Below are positions 9,608 through 20,130 of a stretch of DNA of 64,000 nt, in pieces (position 1 is the stretch's first letter; each line of letters begins with the position of its first letter). A program made the position numbers and the translations under genes. The stretch covers positions 62,001 through 126,000 of the IMG/VR virus record IMGVR_UViG_3300033182_000674, one strand, 5' to 3'. The notes under the pieces were generated by a model that worked only from the letters and a program-made list of their open reading frames with translations, was not told where the DNA came from and searched no databases.

Positions 9608-12205
9608 TTATCCCTTCAACGATGCTGAAGGTGGTGTAAAGTTTGCGGTATATCTTGCTAGACCTTTAGTGACGCGAGCATCTTCAATATAACCCGTAAA
9701 ATGCCAAGTATATTGATCTAAGCTAGTACCTCCACTCATTCTGCCAAGATATAAATTATCATTTGCTGGTATAGATACATCTAAATTAACACCATTAAAG
9801 GTTGAAGCATCCGATCCAACGTTTGTGCCATCATACCAGAAATTTATAGTACCAGATTCTCTAGTCACTGCAACATGGTGCCAGCCGCCTGTTCCCATAT
9901 TAATTGCATTTGAGTGTGATGATTTAAAAGTAGAATCAAAGTTATTAGTTGGTTTGTGACTAAGTTTCAATTTATTACCTTGTTGCTGGTTATACCTAAA
10001 ATCCCATGAAACTCTACTACTACTATTAGCACTAAAGAAATTACCCAAGCTAATAATAGGACTATAAGTTTCATTTGCGGCAGTTACACCGTCCACTGTT
10101 TGATATACCCAAGCTTCAATAGTAAAATCACCAGTATTTAAATCATATTCTGGAGTATGAGGGAGTGTGATATAATCACCAGTTCCATCTAAGTACATTG
10201 ATGAAGAACCATTATTTGTTACTGCAGTCGATGATTGAGTGTTACCATTTAGTACTAATCCGCCAGACTGTGCTTTATCAATTATAGCAGCATCATCATG
10301 GCCATTGACCAATAATACTGTATTAGTGATTTCTTCTAGTGGTTCTGTTGGTGGAGTAAACGCAGCAGTATAAAGTGCTGTGCCTTTTAAAATTCTTAAA
10401 TCAGTAGTAAAACCATTTACATAACCATTTGATCCATCCCATGCACCCCAGTGAATATGGAAGTCACCGCCTTTACACCAATCAATACTTCCAGCATTAC
10501 TGCCTGTTGCTTCTTGTTTACCATTAACCCAAAGCGTAAAATTATTACCACTTCTCGTTAATGCAATATGCATCCATTCATTTGCTCTAAACGATGATGA
10601 TGAAGTTAACCAAGGATCTCCTATGCCATTCCAGAAAAATGCTACTTTATTTGGTGCAGTAGTATTATTAAAACGTAATGCAACACCACCAGAAGGATTA
10701 GACCAACTTTCGCCTGAAACAATACTTGGATAGTTGCCTGGAGTACTAACATTATAATGCCAGAATTCAACAGTAAAATCACCAGTACCCATATCTAAAT
10801 CATTTGTATCTGCTACTGTTATATATTGTCCAGATGCAGTATATAGAGATGCGCCGTGTGTTGCCGAATCGTATTCTTTGTAATCGTATGGAGCAAAAGG
10901 TTTAGCACTTACGTTACCATTTACAGTAATTGTATGATCATTTGATGAGCTGTCTTTAGGATATGGCAGCTGACAAGTTAATAAAGATGTATTAGTAACT
11001 GCGGTTAAGCGTTCTGTTGGTGAGGTGAATGCTGATGTATAAAGAGCAGTACCGTTAACGATACGAGCGTCTGAAATATAACCATTAAATAGTTGTATTG
11101 AACCATCTTGATTCATTCCAACATATAAACTTGGCGCCGTAGAATTCATATTTGAGCTATCTGTTTGAGTGGTTCCTATTTGTGTGCCATTAAGGAAAAA
11201 CTTTAAATTAGTTCCTTCTCTAGACACAGCAATATGGTACCATTGTCCGGTAGTAAATGTTTCAGATGCGGTATACTGCGTTCCAAATGCACTGTTATTA
11301 CCAGTAGAAAATAAAAATGTATCAGATTTTATTTGAATAATAAAATTAAAAGCATTAGCTCCACCCCATGATCCAAACACCGTTTGATATGTAGAAGAGT
11401 TTATGCTAGTGAAATAAATCCAACTTTCAATAGTAAAATCACCAGTACCAAATTGAAGACTAGTATCATTAGGAATACTTAAATAATCTCCACTACCATC
11501 AAAATAATAACTATAACCACCCGAACGATATGGACTGAATGTCTGTGCAGTTGCACCAGATACAGTAAGTGTTTTTGGTGTGGTATTTTTATCTGTTAAA
11601 CCAGTATTAACATCGCCATTACCACCAATAGAAGTAATTAATGCTGATGTATATTTTGAATCTTCAACGAAGAAAGCCAATTCAAATGAATTAACATCTG
11701 TCGACAAGTTTACACCATCTGAAGCAGTAAATGTGATTGAGAATGTTCCCGCATCAGCTGAATTTGTAGATGGTGTGATAGTAAATACATTATCTGCTTG
11801 AGATACAGTAGCAGTATTTCCAAGAGAACCAGAAGTAACTGAATAGGACCATGTAATAGGCAACTCTTCTGGATCTGTAGCAACTAATGTAATAACGGTT
11901 GGTGTACCATCATCAGCAAGTGTATATGCTCCAGCTCCTCCTTGTGTGATCTGAGGGGCAGTATTAATTAATGCAATATTATACCAACCGTCGCCATTCC
12001 AGATGTAAAGACGGTTATTACCTGTGACATAAACCTGATCACCAGGATTGTTTCCTGTTAATGGTAAATCATTAACTGTACCATAATTAACAGTAGACGA
12101 TACATCACCTGCAGTTACTTTACTCCAAGCATTATCTGTGGAATTATAAATGTATCCACTATACTTATCACCATTTGCTGGATTTGTTGGAAATGTTATT
12201 GCCAT
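9608..12205 (-). CDS. Tail fibre/adhesin-like virion protein with cadherin-like domain and three LamG/ConA-like domains
   Basis: Three repeats of FDG.GDY...GDFTIE.W...W.H.A..R......F.NG...GYI.D.RI..G.A.YT..FT.P; N-terminal MAITFPTNP. Confidence 0.8.
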   Translation of the reverse strand: MAITFPTNPANGDKYSGYIYNSTDNAWSKVTAGDVSSTVNYGTVNDLPLTGNNPGDQVYVTGNNRLYIWNGDGWYNIALINTAPQITQGGAGAYTLADDGTPTVITLVATDPEELPITWSYSVTSGSLGNTATVSQADNVFTITPSTNSADAGTFSITFTASDGVNLSTDVNSFELAFFVEDSKYTSALITSIGGNGDVNTGLTDKNTTPKTLTVSGATAQTFSPYRSGGYSYYFDGSGDYLSIPNDTSLQFGTGDFTIESWIYFTSINSSTYQTVFGSWGGANAFNFIIQIKSDTFLFSTGNNSAFGTQYTASETFTTGQWYHIAVSREGTNLKFFLNGTQIGTTQTDSSNMNSTAPSLYVGMNQDGSIQLFNGYISDARIVNGTALYTSAFTSPTERLTAVTNTSLLTCQLPYPKDSSSNDHTITVNGNVSAKPFAPYDYKEYDSATHGASLYTASGQYITVADTNDLDMGTGDFTVEFWHYNVSTPGNYPSIVSGESWSNPSGGVALRFNNTTAPNKVAFFWNGIGDPWLTSSSSFRANEWMHIALTRSGNNFTLWVNGKQEATGSNAGSIDWCKGGDFHIHWGAWDGSNGYVNGFTTDLRILKGTALYTAAFTPPTEPLEEITNTVLLVNGHDDAAIIDKAQSGGLVLNGNTQSSTAVTNNGSSSMYLDGTGDYITLPHTPEYDLNTGDFTIEAWVYQTVDGVTAANETYSPIISLGNFFSANSSSRVSWDFRYNQQQGNKLKLSHKPTNNFDSTFKSSHSNAINMGTGGWHHVAVTRESGTINFWYDGTNVGSDASTFNGVNLDVSIPANDNLYLGRMSGGTSLDQYTWHFTGYIEDARVTKGLARYTANFTPPSASLKG

Positions 12206-12230
12206 TTACTATTCCTTAAAATTTTAAAAA

Positions 12231-13439
12231 TTAATATGCACTAAAACCAGATGGAGTACTATATACTCGTGAATCTTTATTAACGCCAATATGTAATTTA
12301 GCATCCATATAGGTAAAGCTAGATGTTCCACTAATATAGCCATAATAAAGATCTCCAGATCCACCAATTACTATACTACTGGAAGTAGTAGGATCTTCAT
12401 ACCAAACATTATTTCTAGCAAACCAAACTTCTCTTGTTGAAGTATCTACACAAATACCTATAATATCATTGACACCTATTGTACCTAATGAAACACCTGA
12501 AGTGCCACCATAATAAATAATACCATCTTCATATATTGAAGCTTGATTTGCCGATCCATAAGACATGTTTAGTGCTGCATCTGCAATACCGCCCCAAAAA
12601 TTGTAGCTACTATAAGTTACAACACTACTTTCAATATACCAACGTCCCGATTTTAAAGGATTATCAGCGGTACCATCATAAGGTGATCTAGAAAAGTTAT
12701 TATCAATTGAGCCAGTAAATGCACTGGTTTGAGTACCACCAGCAAATGTCATATCGCTTGAAAATGATAAATTAAACGTCGATGTTTTACCAATAACGTT
12801 TAATCCATCTGATGCTTTAAACCTCATTACAAAATCACCAGCGTCTGAATCATTTGTTGAAGGTGTGATTGTAAAAGTACCATCATTATTATTAACAATA
12901 GTGGCTTGAGTTTGATTTGATGGTGATGTATCATAGTCATATGTTATACCAAACCCATCAGGATCTGTTGCTTCTACAGTAGCAGTTGTTGCTGTACCAT
13001 CAGTTGCTAACAGATAAGTCGAATTAGGTTCAACAACCCAATCTGGATTTTGATTAGATCCACTATAAACTTGATCCCATTCTGCTCCATCCCATACATA
13101 TAATGCCTTCGTATCTTGAGCAATTACAAACTGGCCGAGAGTATTACCGGATGTTGGAAAGTTTGTTTTACTTGCATATTGTACTGCTGCTCCATCTGCT
13201 CCATCTGCACCGTCTGCACCAGTAGGACCACTAATAGCAACCCACACTGAACCATATCTTACATATAATGCACCAGTTGATGATTTCCACCACATTGTTC
13301 CTTGTACAGGATTATCTGGTGCAGTATCAGATACTTTAATTGCTGAAGATAATTTTTCCCAAACACCTACAGTACCATTATAAACATAGGTTTGGTAAAT
13401 ATCACCATCACTTGGATTTGTTGGAAAATCTAATGCCAT
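12231..13439 (-). CDS. Virion adhesin paralog with C-terminal SPRY-like domain
   Basis: MALDFPTNPSDG start, short collagen-like G-x-x run, ATDPDG Ig-like module, SGRWY.E and D.IG..VD......WF.RN..W motifs. Confidence 0.7.
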   Translation of the reverse strand: MALDFPTNPSDGDIYQTYVYNGTVGVWEKLSSAIKVSDTAPDNPVQGTMWWKSSTGALYVRYGSVWVAISGPTGADGADGADGAAVQYASKTNFPTSGNTLGQFVIAQDTKALYVWDGAEWDQVYSGSNQNPDWVVEPNSTYLLATDGTATTATVEATDPDGFGITYDYDTSPSNQTQATIVNNNDGTFTITPSTNDSDAGDFVMRFKASDGLNVIGKTSTFNLSFSSDMTFAGGTQTSAFTGSIDNNFSRSPYDGTADNPLKSGRWYIESSVVTYSSYNFWGGIADAALNMSYGSANQASIYEDGIIYYGGTSGVSLGTIGVNDIIGICVDTSTREVWFARNNVWYEDPTTSSSIVIGGSGDLYYGYISGTSSFTYMDAKLHIGVNKDSRVYSTPSGFSAY

Positions 13440-13449
13440 TTCTTATTCC

Positions 13450-14979
13450 TTAAAAAGTAATTGTTCCATCATCAGTAAATGTATACCAATAATAGCCACC
13501 ACTTTGAGTTTCTGTAACAGTACCTGTTGTTGCAGATGCTTGTCCATCTGCTCTTAATATGCAAACACCAGATCCACCAGAGCCTGCAAGGGCAGAGTGT
13601 GGTCCACCACCACCGCCGCCACCGGTATTAGCAGTACCATCAGAAGCAGCAGTTGTACCACGAATACCGCCTTGTCCACCGCCGCCTTGTCCACCGGCTG
13701 ATTGCACAGTCGATGAATCATCGCTATTACCGCCGCCACCGCCGGCATAATAGTTACCATCTATCCACTGTAAGCCAGCGCCACCAACACCGCCATAAGT
13801 GCCACCGCCATTACCTCCAGATGCGCCTGCGCCGCCACCGCCGCCAGCACCAGCACCTGCTCCTCCAGCACCAGAGTACGCAGCTCCACCGCCATTGCCG
13901 TATTTCTGCCAGCCTGTACCTGATACATTACCAACGCCAGTACCACCACTGCCACCAGTAGTGCCACCAACACCGCCGCCGCCGCCACAGCCGCCACTAT
14001 TACCTGAAGTACCAGTACCGGTAGTATAATGACCACCGCCACCGCCGCCTTCTGCAGTTAATGATGTAGAATCGGGTAATGTTAATGTTGATGCTGATCC
14101 ATTGAATCCATTAGTATGGCCATTTGCGGGATTGCTTCCAGCTCCGCCGGCGCCAACCACAACTGAGAAAGTTCCACTTAATAAACTTAATGCTTCAGTA
14201 CTAACAAGATAAGCGCCAGCACCACCAGCACCACCGCCGTCTGTACCACCGCCACCACCGCCGCCGACTAATAAATAATCAACAGTAGTATTCCAAGTTA
14301 AATTAAACGTATTTACATCATTTGTTGTATACACACCATCAGAAGCAGTAAATGTTAATTGGAATGTTCCTGCATCATTTTGATCAGTTGATGGTGTGAT
14401 CGTAAATACATTATCTGCTTGAGATACTGTTGCTGTACTTCCAAGAGAACCAGAGGTAACAGCATAAGACCAAGTAATAGGTAAACCTTCTGGATCAGTT
14501 GCACTTAATGTAATAACGGTTGGTGTACCATCTGTTGCTAATTTATATGTTCCTGCTCCGCCTTGTATAATATTAGGTCCAGTATTAGTTGTAGCAATAT
14601 GTTCCCATGCACTACCACTCCAAATGTATAGCTTAGACACGTCTTCTGCATATGCTAAATCACCTGCAGTATTACCAGATGTTGGAAATGAAGAAGTATT
14701 AGCATATGATACAGTTGCGTCTGCGCCAGCAGCACCGTCTAAACCATCAGCTCCATTACCTGCAGTAATCCATTGCCCATCATATCTAATGTACATTCCA
14801 CCAGTTGTAGAATTCCACCAGAATACACCTTCTGCTGCACTACTAGGTGCTGAAGCAGAAATAATAACAGGAGATTGAGATGCATCCCACACACCAGTAG
14901 TTGCATTATAAATGTATGCCGTTTGACCTACTAATGTAGTTTGACCGTCACTTGGATTTGTTGGAAATGTTATTGCCAT
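13450..14979 (-). CDS. Virion adhesin paralog with glycine-rich C-terminal domain
   Basis: Shared N-terminal modules followed by VDYLLVGGGGGGG...YYAGGGGG...ANTGGGGGG...GGSGV. Confidence 0.75.
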   Translation of the reverse strand: MAITFPTNPSDGQTTLVGQTAYIYNATTGVWDASQSPVIISASAPSSAAEGVFWWNSTTGGMYIRYDGQWITAGNGADGLDGAAGADATVSYANTSSFPTSGNTAGDLAYAEDVSKLYIWSGSAWEHIATTNTGPNIIQGGAGTYKLATDGTPTVITLSATDPEGLPITWSYAVTSGSLGSTATVSQADNVFTITPSTDQNDAGTFQLTFTASDGVYTTNDVNTFNLTWNTTVDYLLVGGGGGGGTDGGGAGGAGAYLVSTEALSLLSGTFSVVVGAGGAGSNPANGHTNGFNGSASTLTLPDSTSLTAEGGGGGGHYTTGTGTSGNSGGCGGGGGVGGTTGGSGGTGVGNVSGTGWQKYGNGGGAAYSGAGGAGAGAGGGGGAGASGGNGGGTYGGVGGAGLQWIDGNYYAGGGGGNSDDSSTVQSAGGQGGGGQGGIRGTTAASDGTANTGGGGGGGPHSALAGSGGSGVCILRADGQASATTGTVTETQSGGYYWYTFTDDGTITF

Positions 14980-14980
14980 A

Positions 14981-16204
14981 TTAAGCGCCCCAAATTTCTA
15001 ATTCACACATTGACAAGCCCCATTGACCAGATCTACTCAATGAAAGTCTTACGTATGTTGCGTTACGTTCGATCATTATCTCTTCACTCTGGCCAGTTGT
15101 ATATGTACCCCATGTCCAACCAGTAACAGCTGTCCAATTTGTACCATCACTAGATGTTTCTACTGCAGTAACAGATGTAAACGAATCACTACGAGAATAT
15201 GGATAAACTACAATCTTTTCAAGATAACTAAATGCAGCTCCATTTGTTACTTGATTTGAAAGATCTATTGTCAAAGTACCACTACTAGCATTATTTGATA
15301 GCCAGTAGGTAGTACCACCACTAGGAGAAGTTGTGCCATCAAATAAATATTCCAGATAATAATTAGGAGAACTACTATATGTTGGATCTGATGATGTAAC
15401 AACAGCGCCACTTGGTGCAGTATATACAGTTTGACCGGCTGTACCACCGGTGCCGCCAGACAAATCTAATAACGCAGAGTTGAAAATAGTTATAGTCGAA
15501 AGAGATTTAATTTTATTAACACCATCATCAGCTGTTACTCTTAATGAAAATTCACCAGTTGTTGCTGCATCAGGAGTAATAGTAAATTGATTGGAATTTG
15601 CTCCTGTACCTTGTGTTATAGTTGCTGAAGCGGGATTTGCTGAATCAGTTGTAAATCCATAATTAATTGGAAATCCATCTGGATCTGTGGCTTCAACTGT
15701 TATAGTATCAGCAGAATCTCCTATCTTATACAGATAGTTTGAATTAAGCGGTGTTGTCCATTCGGGTAATGATTGAGCGCCAGAAGATACTCTATCCCAT
15801 TCTGTTCCATCCCATACGTATAGCGCTTTTGTATCTTGAGCAAATGCCATATCACCAGCAGTATTACCAGATGTTGGAAATGAAGAAGTATTAGCATATG
15901 ATACAGTTGCGTCTGCACCAGCAGCGCCATCAGCACCAGCTGGGCCTTGTGGTCCTGGAGTACCTACAGCATTTGTTACAACCCATTGAGATGTAGTACC
16001 ATCATTATAATAAACATATGTTTTTAATGTACTACTATTAAACCAAAGATCACCCGCACTAGGATTCGCTGGAGGAGTATCAGCTGTAGTAACAGATGCA
16101 CCGCCACCGGAAGCGCCTTCAATTGAAATGCCAGCAAACCCACCTTCTTCTGTAGTAGTTTGCTTAATCAATTTACCTAATGAAAATCCATTACTAATTG
16201 CCAT
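14981..16204 (-). CDS. Virion adhesin paralog with discoidin/F5-8 type C-like C-terminal domain
   Basis: LFDG...YW...LTIDL...S.DG.NWT...YVRL...ELEIWG pattern. Confidence 0.7.
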   Translation of the reverse strand: MAISNGFSLGKLIKQTTTEEGGFAGISIEGASGGGASVTTADTPPANPSAGDLWFNSSTLKTYVYYNDGTTSQWVVTNAVGTPGPQGPAGADGAAGADATVSYANTSSFPTSGNTAGDMAFAQDTKALYVWDGTEWDRVSSGAQSLPEWTTPLNSNYLYKIGDSADTITVEATDPDGFPINYGFTTDSANPASATITQGTGANSNQFTITPDAATTGEFSLRVTADDGVNKIKSLSTITIFNSALLDLSGGTGGTAGQTVYTAPSGAVVTSSDPTYSSSPNYYLEYLFDGTTSPSGGTTYWLSNNASSGTLTIDLSNQVTNGAAFSYLEKIVVYPYSRSDSFTSVTAVETSSDGTNWTAVTGWTWGTYTTGQSEEIMIERNATYVRLSLSRSGQWGLSMCELEIWGA

Positions 16205-16213
16205 TTAATTATC

Positions 16214-16519
16214 CTACACTAAAAATACTTTAAAGCCTGTTGCAACTGCAGTTGCAATTAATATCCACATAAGTTTATTAATTGTAGCAACTGTTCTACT
16301 GTTAACAGAAACAGCTATAGTTAATTCATCTAATTTTTCTGAATGTTTATTTACTCTATTGTATAAATTCTGTTTGTCAGCATCTAATGCAATAAGTTTT
16401 TCTTCTGTACGAGCAAGAGAAACCATAGCTTCTGATAGCTTATCTATCTTTGTTTCAATGCGATCAAATCTTTCATTGATAATTACATTGTTTGAATTTG
16501 TTCTTCCGGTTGTATCCAT
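16214..16519 (-). CDS. Coiled-coil protein with C-terminal transmembrane helix (holin/XhlA-like architecture)
   Basis: Heptad region followed by LMWILIATAVATGFKVFLV; late promoter at 16553-16560. Confidence 0.55.
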   Translation of the reverse strand: MDTTGRTNSNNVIINERFDRIETKIDKLSEAMVSLARTEEKLIALDADKQNLYNRVNKHSEKLDELTIAVSVNSRTVATINKLMWILIATAVATGFKVFLV

Positions 16520-16565
16520 TTTAATTTTCTCTAAGGTTATGGTTATTAGATCTATTTATATGTTT

Positions 16566-17015
16566 TTAATATTGTTGTCCTGCTGCGCCATTACTGTATT
16601 CCAACCTCTCATTACTTATTGTTGCAAGATCATTACCCGAATCGGTAATAGAGTATGTCCATGTGAGTGGCAAACCTTCTGGATCAGTTGCAGACAATAC
16701 AATTGAAGTTGCACTACCACCAATCGAATCTAGATCATAAGCTGCTTCTGGCAAACCACCAGAATCCCAAGTAGGTGTTTGATTGATTAAAGCGATATTA
16801 TACCAGCCAGCACCAGTCCAGATATACAATCGATTTGTGTCTGCAACAAATACTTGATCACCAACTTGGTTACCTGATGCAGGTAGATCATTAGAAGTAT
16901 TATATGACTCTGCTGCAGGTGCTACTATTTCTTGCAATAAATCGGCATCAATATCAGAAGATTGTATTGTTGTTGATGTACCTAATAATAATCCTAAATT
17001 TCTACCGTTTGACAT
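16566..17015 (-). pseudogene. Truncated adhesin paralog
   Basis: Carries the GDQVFV..TNRLYIW.G.GWYNIALIN and ATDPEGLPLTW.Y modules but stops mid Ig-like domain with no terminal domain. Confidence 0.5.
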
Positions 17016-17027
17016 TCTTATTCCGCC

Positions 17028-18032
17028 TTAATACCAAATCTGTTTTATGCCAGATATAATTGTTGTTCCACCGCCTTCACCGCCTTCGCTGTTTATTGTA
17101 CGACCAACTATATACTTACTTCCACCACCATAGATTCTTTTTATCTCAGCAATATTATATGGCACATCACTTCTTAATGAAAAAATTCTTTTTCTACTTT
17201 CTGGTAAAGATGTTGATGTGGGTGAAGTGATTGAAGTAATTTTACGTCTTTTAGATAAATTAATTTCTGGTGCTACGCCATTACCATATGATAAAGTTTC
17301 TCTGTATACATCAGCAGGACCAATTGTTGTTTGACCAACAAAATTTGAACCATCACCAGCATAATAAAAATATTGAGAAAGATCTGTAGTTTTCGAAAGA
17401 CTAGGACCTGCCCAGTTAAATGTCATATTAGATCCACCAATCTGTTCTTCATGAACTATACGTATAGGATAATATACATCAGCAGTTAAAGAAATACTAC
17501 CACTTCTTTCTTGATTACCGTGGCCTGAACCCATATCATTATTTACAACTGCGTTAGAAGTAGTTCTTCCAGTTGCGTCTGATGCAATGTCACCAATCCA
17601 AACACCAGAGCCATCATCGGAAGATGTATAAAAAGTGTATGTTCCAGTTGTAGGAGGTCTAAAATACCCAATCCACATATAAGCATAGTTATTGCCAAGA
17701 TCGCCATAACTAATAGATGTAAATAATGTCGCACTTGTGAATGGTAATGTAATACCAACATCACCTGATGCTATTGTATTTCTTGCTGTAGAAGTTAAAA
17801 TTTGTTCACCATATAATCCACCTTGATTATATGTTACATTGCTTGCAGCAACAGCATCACCAATCGCATCACCTTGAGTTGAAAAATGATATGTTCCAGC
17901 TAATATATCAAGATCATTTTGTAACGTCCAAGAGACAGTGGATGAAGAACTTTTAATATGAGATGGCTCATAAAACGCATCTACCTTGTTCTCATCTCCA
18001 TGTCCGTTTGAACGTATACTAAACGTTGCCAT
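17028..18032 (-). CDS. PA14/GLEYA carbohydrate-binding domain virion protein
   Basis: W.GYF.PPTTGTYTF...SDDGS.VWI and L.A..YYPIRI motifs. Confidence 0.8.
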   Translation of the reverse strand: MATFSIRSNGHGDENKVDAFYEPSHIKSSSSTVSWTLQNDLDILAGTYHFSTQGDAIGDAVAASNVTYNQGGLYGEQILTSTARNTIASGDVGITLPFTSATLFTSISYGDLGNNYAYMWIGYFRPPTTGTYTFYTSSDDGSGVWIGDIASDATGRTTSNAVVNNDMGSGHGNQERSGSISLTADVYYPIRIVHEEQIGGSNMTFNWAGPSLSKTTDLSQYFYYAGDGSNFVGQTTIGPADVYRETLSYGNGVAPEINLSKRRKITSITSPTSTSLPESRKRIFSLRSDVPYNIAEIKRIYGGGSKYIVGRTINSEGGEGGGTTIISGIKQIWY

Positions 18033-18035
18033 ATA

Positions 18036-19850
18036 TTATACCTGAACATTTGCAATAATATCTGATAATCCAGCACCAGTAATAATAATAGCCTGTGATG
18101 TTTCACCTGTAGTTGATGTAGTAATTGTAGCAGTTGTACCACCATCACCAAATGTCATAGTACTACCATCAATTGATAATGCAACGTCAACAGCAATTCT
18201 TTCATTATTAATATTATATGCGCTAATATTAACAGTACTATTGATATTAGAACCTTGATAATCATAAGATGATGAAGCAGGATCAATAGTAATTTTTGTA
18301 GGAATTGTTGGAGTTAATACATGATATGATGCAGTATAACCATCACCTGAAGAAGCAACTGCCCAAATTCTATCAGTTGAATCTCTACCAACCATATGGA
18401 ATTTTTCTATAATTGTAGAAGTCAATTCCCAACCATTAGTATCATTCCATGTATAAATTAAGAATGAATTTTCTAAGAATACACCCATTATAGTTCTAGC
18501 ATCATTTAAGAAAAGAACTTGTCTTGGTGTTGCTGGAATAATTGTAGCACTATGGTGTGTTAATTGTTTTGGATCACTTGCATCTACTGAATATGTAACG
18601 TATGTTCTAGATAATGCACTTGCATCTGATGTTTGATGGAAAGCTGTTGCTTGCATCATTGTTAAATATCTAGTTCCGTTACTAACAAACCATTCATTCC
18701 AAATAACGGTACCTTCATCTGAATGATCGCCTTGACCACCTCTAATTGAATTGAAGTGAGTAGAACTTAAATCACCCGTAATAGTAATATCTTCATTACG
18801 TGTAAATGTATCGGTTGTAGTATCCCATGTATAATAGAATGGATGATAATTTAAACTAGTATCAAAGTATGGAAGATAGAAACCTTTAACGTTTGCAGAA
18901 ACATCCCATGAAGTTGATGCCATTTTAATTACATTACCAATAGAAGTATTTGCTCTTGCACCGCCATAACTTGTACCAGCAGCAGAAGGAGCTCCACTAA
19001 AATAATGTAAATCAGTTGTATTATTAGAACTAACATTATGTCGAGTTACATATTGTTGATAATCATTATCTTGTTTATTATACAAATATAATGGTTTACC
19101 ATCTACCGAAGATTTACCAATATACTGAATAGTGTAAACATTTCTTGAAGTTAAATCCCAATCTGTACCATTTGGTGCAGCAGTAAACTGAGTTCTTCCT
19201 AAAGCATACATTGGCCGATGACTATAACTACCATAATGCATGTACTTAGTAATCCAGGAAATATAGTCAGAACCAGTTTCTTTTGTAACAGGCCATACTC
19301 CTTGATAGGTGGTGTCGTTGCTAGTATTGCCGCCATAAGAGTATTCATTACCAGGCTCGGTTATATGAAATTCAGCACTATTATTAGACCACACTCTAAC
19401 ATATTGTTTGTTATATTTTGTTGAATATATATTCCAGATATCAACATATTGCTGGTCATTATCGTCATAGATTCTATTAATAAATGAATGCTTATTATCA
19501 GGATCAATTGACATCATATGATAAAATTCTACATTATTTTGACGGTCATTACCAGTACCAGATTGATTTTGTATGCAATAAGCAGTTTCTTTAGCTAGTG
19601 CTCCAGTCCAGCCGCCCATACCCATTCTAATATTATAGGTATTGCCATCGTTATTTCTTGCATAATTACCTTGTCCTAGAGTATATCCACTGACTGCGGT
19701 AGATCCTTTACTCATTATCATGGGAGCATCAAAAAGAGGCGCTAACGTATTTTTATTAAACCCATCGCCTTCGATATAAACCGTATTTTTCCAAGGATTT
19801 TCTACGAGTGCTATTGTATTTTGTTTTGATGATTTTTTAATTTTAGCCAT
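18036..19850 (-). CDS. Putative virion structural protein (beta-rich)
   Basis: 604 aa rich in Ser/Thr/Asn/Tyr, within the tail gene block. Confidence 0.55.
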   Translation of the reverse strand: MAKIKKSSKQNTIALVENPWKNTVYIEGDGFNKNTLAPLFDAPMIMSKGSTAVSGYTLGQGNYARNNDGNTYNIRMGMGGWTGALAKETAYCIQNQSGTGNDRQNNVEFYHMMSIDPDNKHSFINRIYDDNDQQYVDIWNIYSTKYNKQYVRVWSNNSAEFHITEPGNEYSYGGNTSNDTTYQGVWPVTKETGSDYISWITKYMHYGSYSHRPMYALGRTQFTAAPNGTDWDLTSRNVYTIQYIGKSSVDGKPLYLYNKQDNDYQQYVTRHNVSSNNTTDLHYFSGAPSAAGTSYGGARANTSIGNVIKMASTSWDVSANVKGFYLPYFDTSLNYHPFYYTWDTTTDTFTRNEDITITGDLSSTHFNSIRGGQGDHSDEGTVIWNEWFVSNGTRYLTMMQATAFHQTSDASALSRTYVTYSVDASDPKQLTHHSATIIPATPRQVLFLNDARTIMGVFLENSFLIYTWNDTNGWELTSTIIEKFHMVGRDSTDRIWAVASSGDGYTASYHVLTPTIPTKITIDPASSSYDYQGSNINSTVNISAYNINNERIAVDVALSIDGSTMTFGDGGTTATITTSTTGETSQAIIITGAGLSDIIANVQV

Positions 19851-19862
19851 TTTATGCTCCCA

Positions 19863-20099
19863 TTAATCTCTGGCTTTAAACCATTCAACGACTTCATCTT
19901 CAGAAGTCCAATCTGATCTAGATCCATCATTGTTTGTTTTCCAAGGTTGTAAGCAAACACTTCTTTTATTGTTACTATCAACAACCATAAAAATTTCTGC
20001 TACAGTACCATCTAATACTGCTTCATATGTTATGTCAATTGCAACTTCTGTTCCATCTGAATCAGCTGTTGTTTTTTGAATAATAAAATTGGTCGCCAT
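19863..20099 (-). CDS. Small hypothetical protein (possible fibre chaperone)
   Basis: GGAG RBS and late promoter at 20128-20135. Confidence 0.55.
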   Translation of the reverse strand: MATNFIIQKTTADSDGTEVAIDITYEAVLDGTVAEIFMVVDSNNKRSVCLQPWKTNNDGSRSDWTSEDEVVEWFKARD

Positions 20100-20130
20100 T
20101 GCGTTTATCTCCTTGGGTTTATATCTCTAT

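Noticed and set aside
13554-14042. Pro-rich, His/Arg-rich and Val/Ala-rich overlapping ORFs and locally high GC
   Set aside because: Shadow frames of the GGN-rich glycine domain of 13450-14979; no RBS or independent signal
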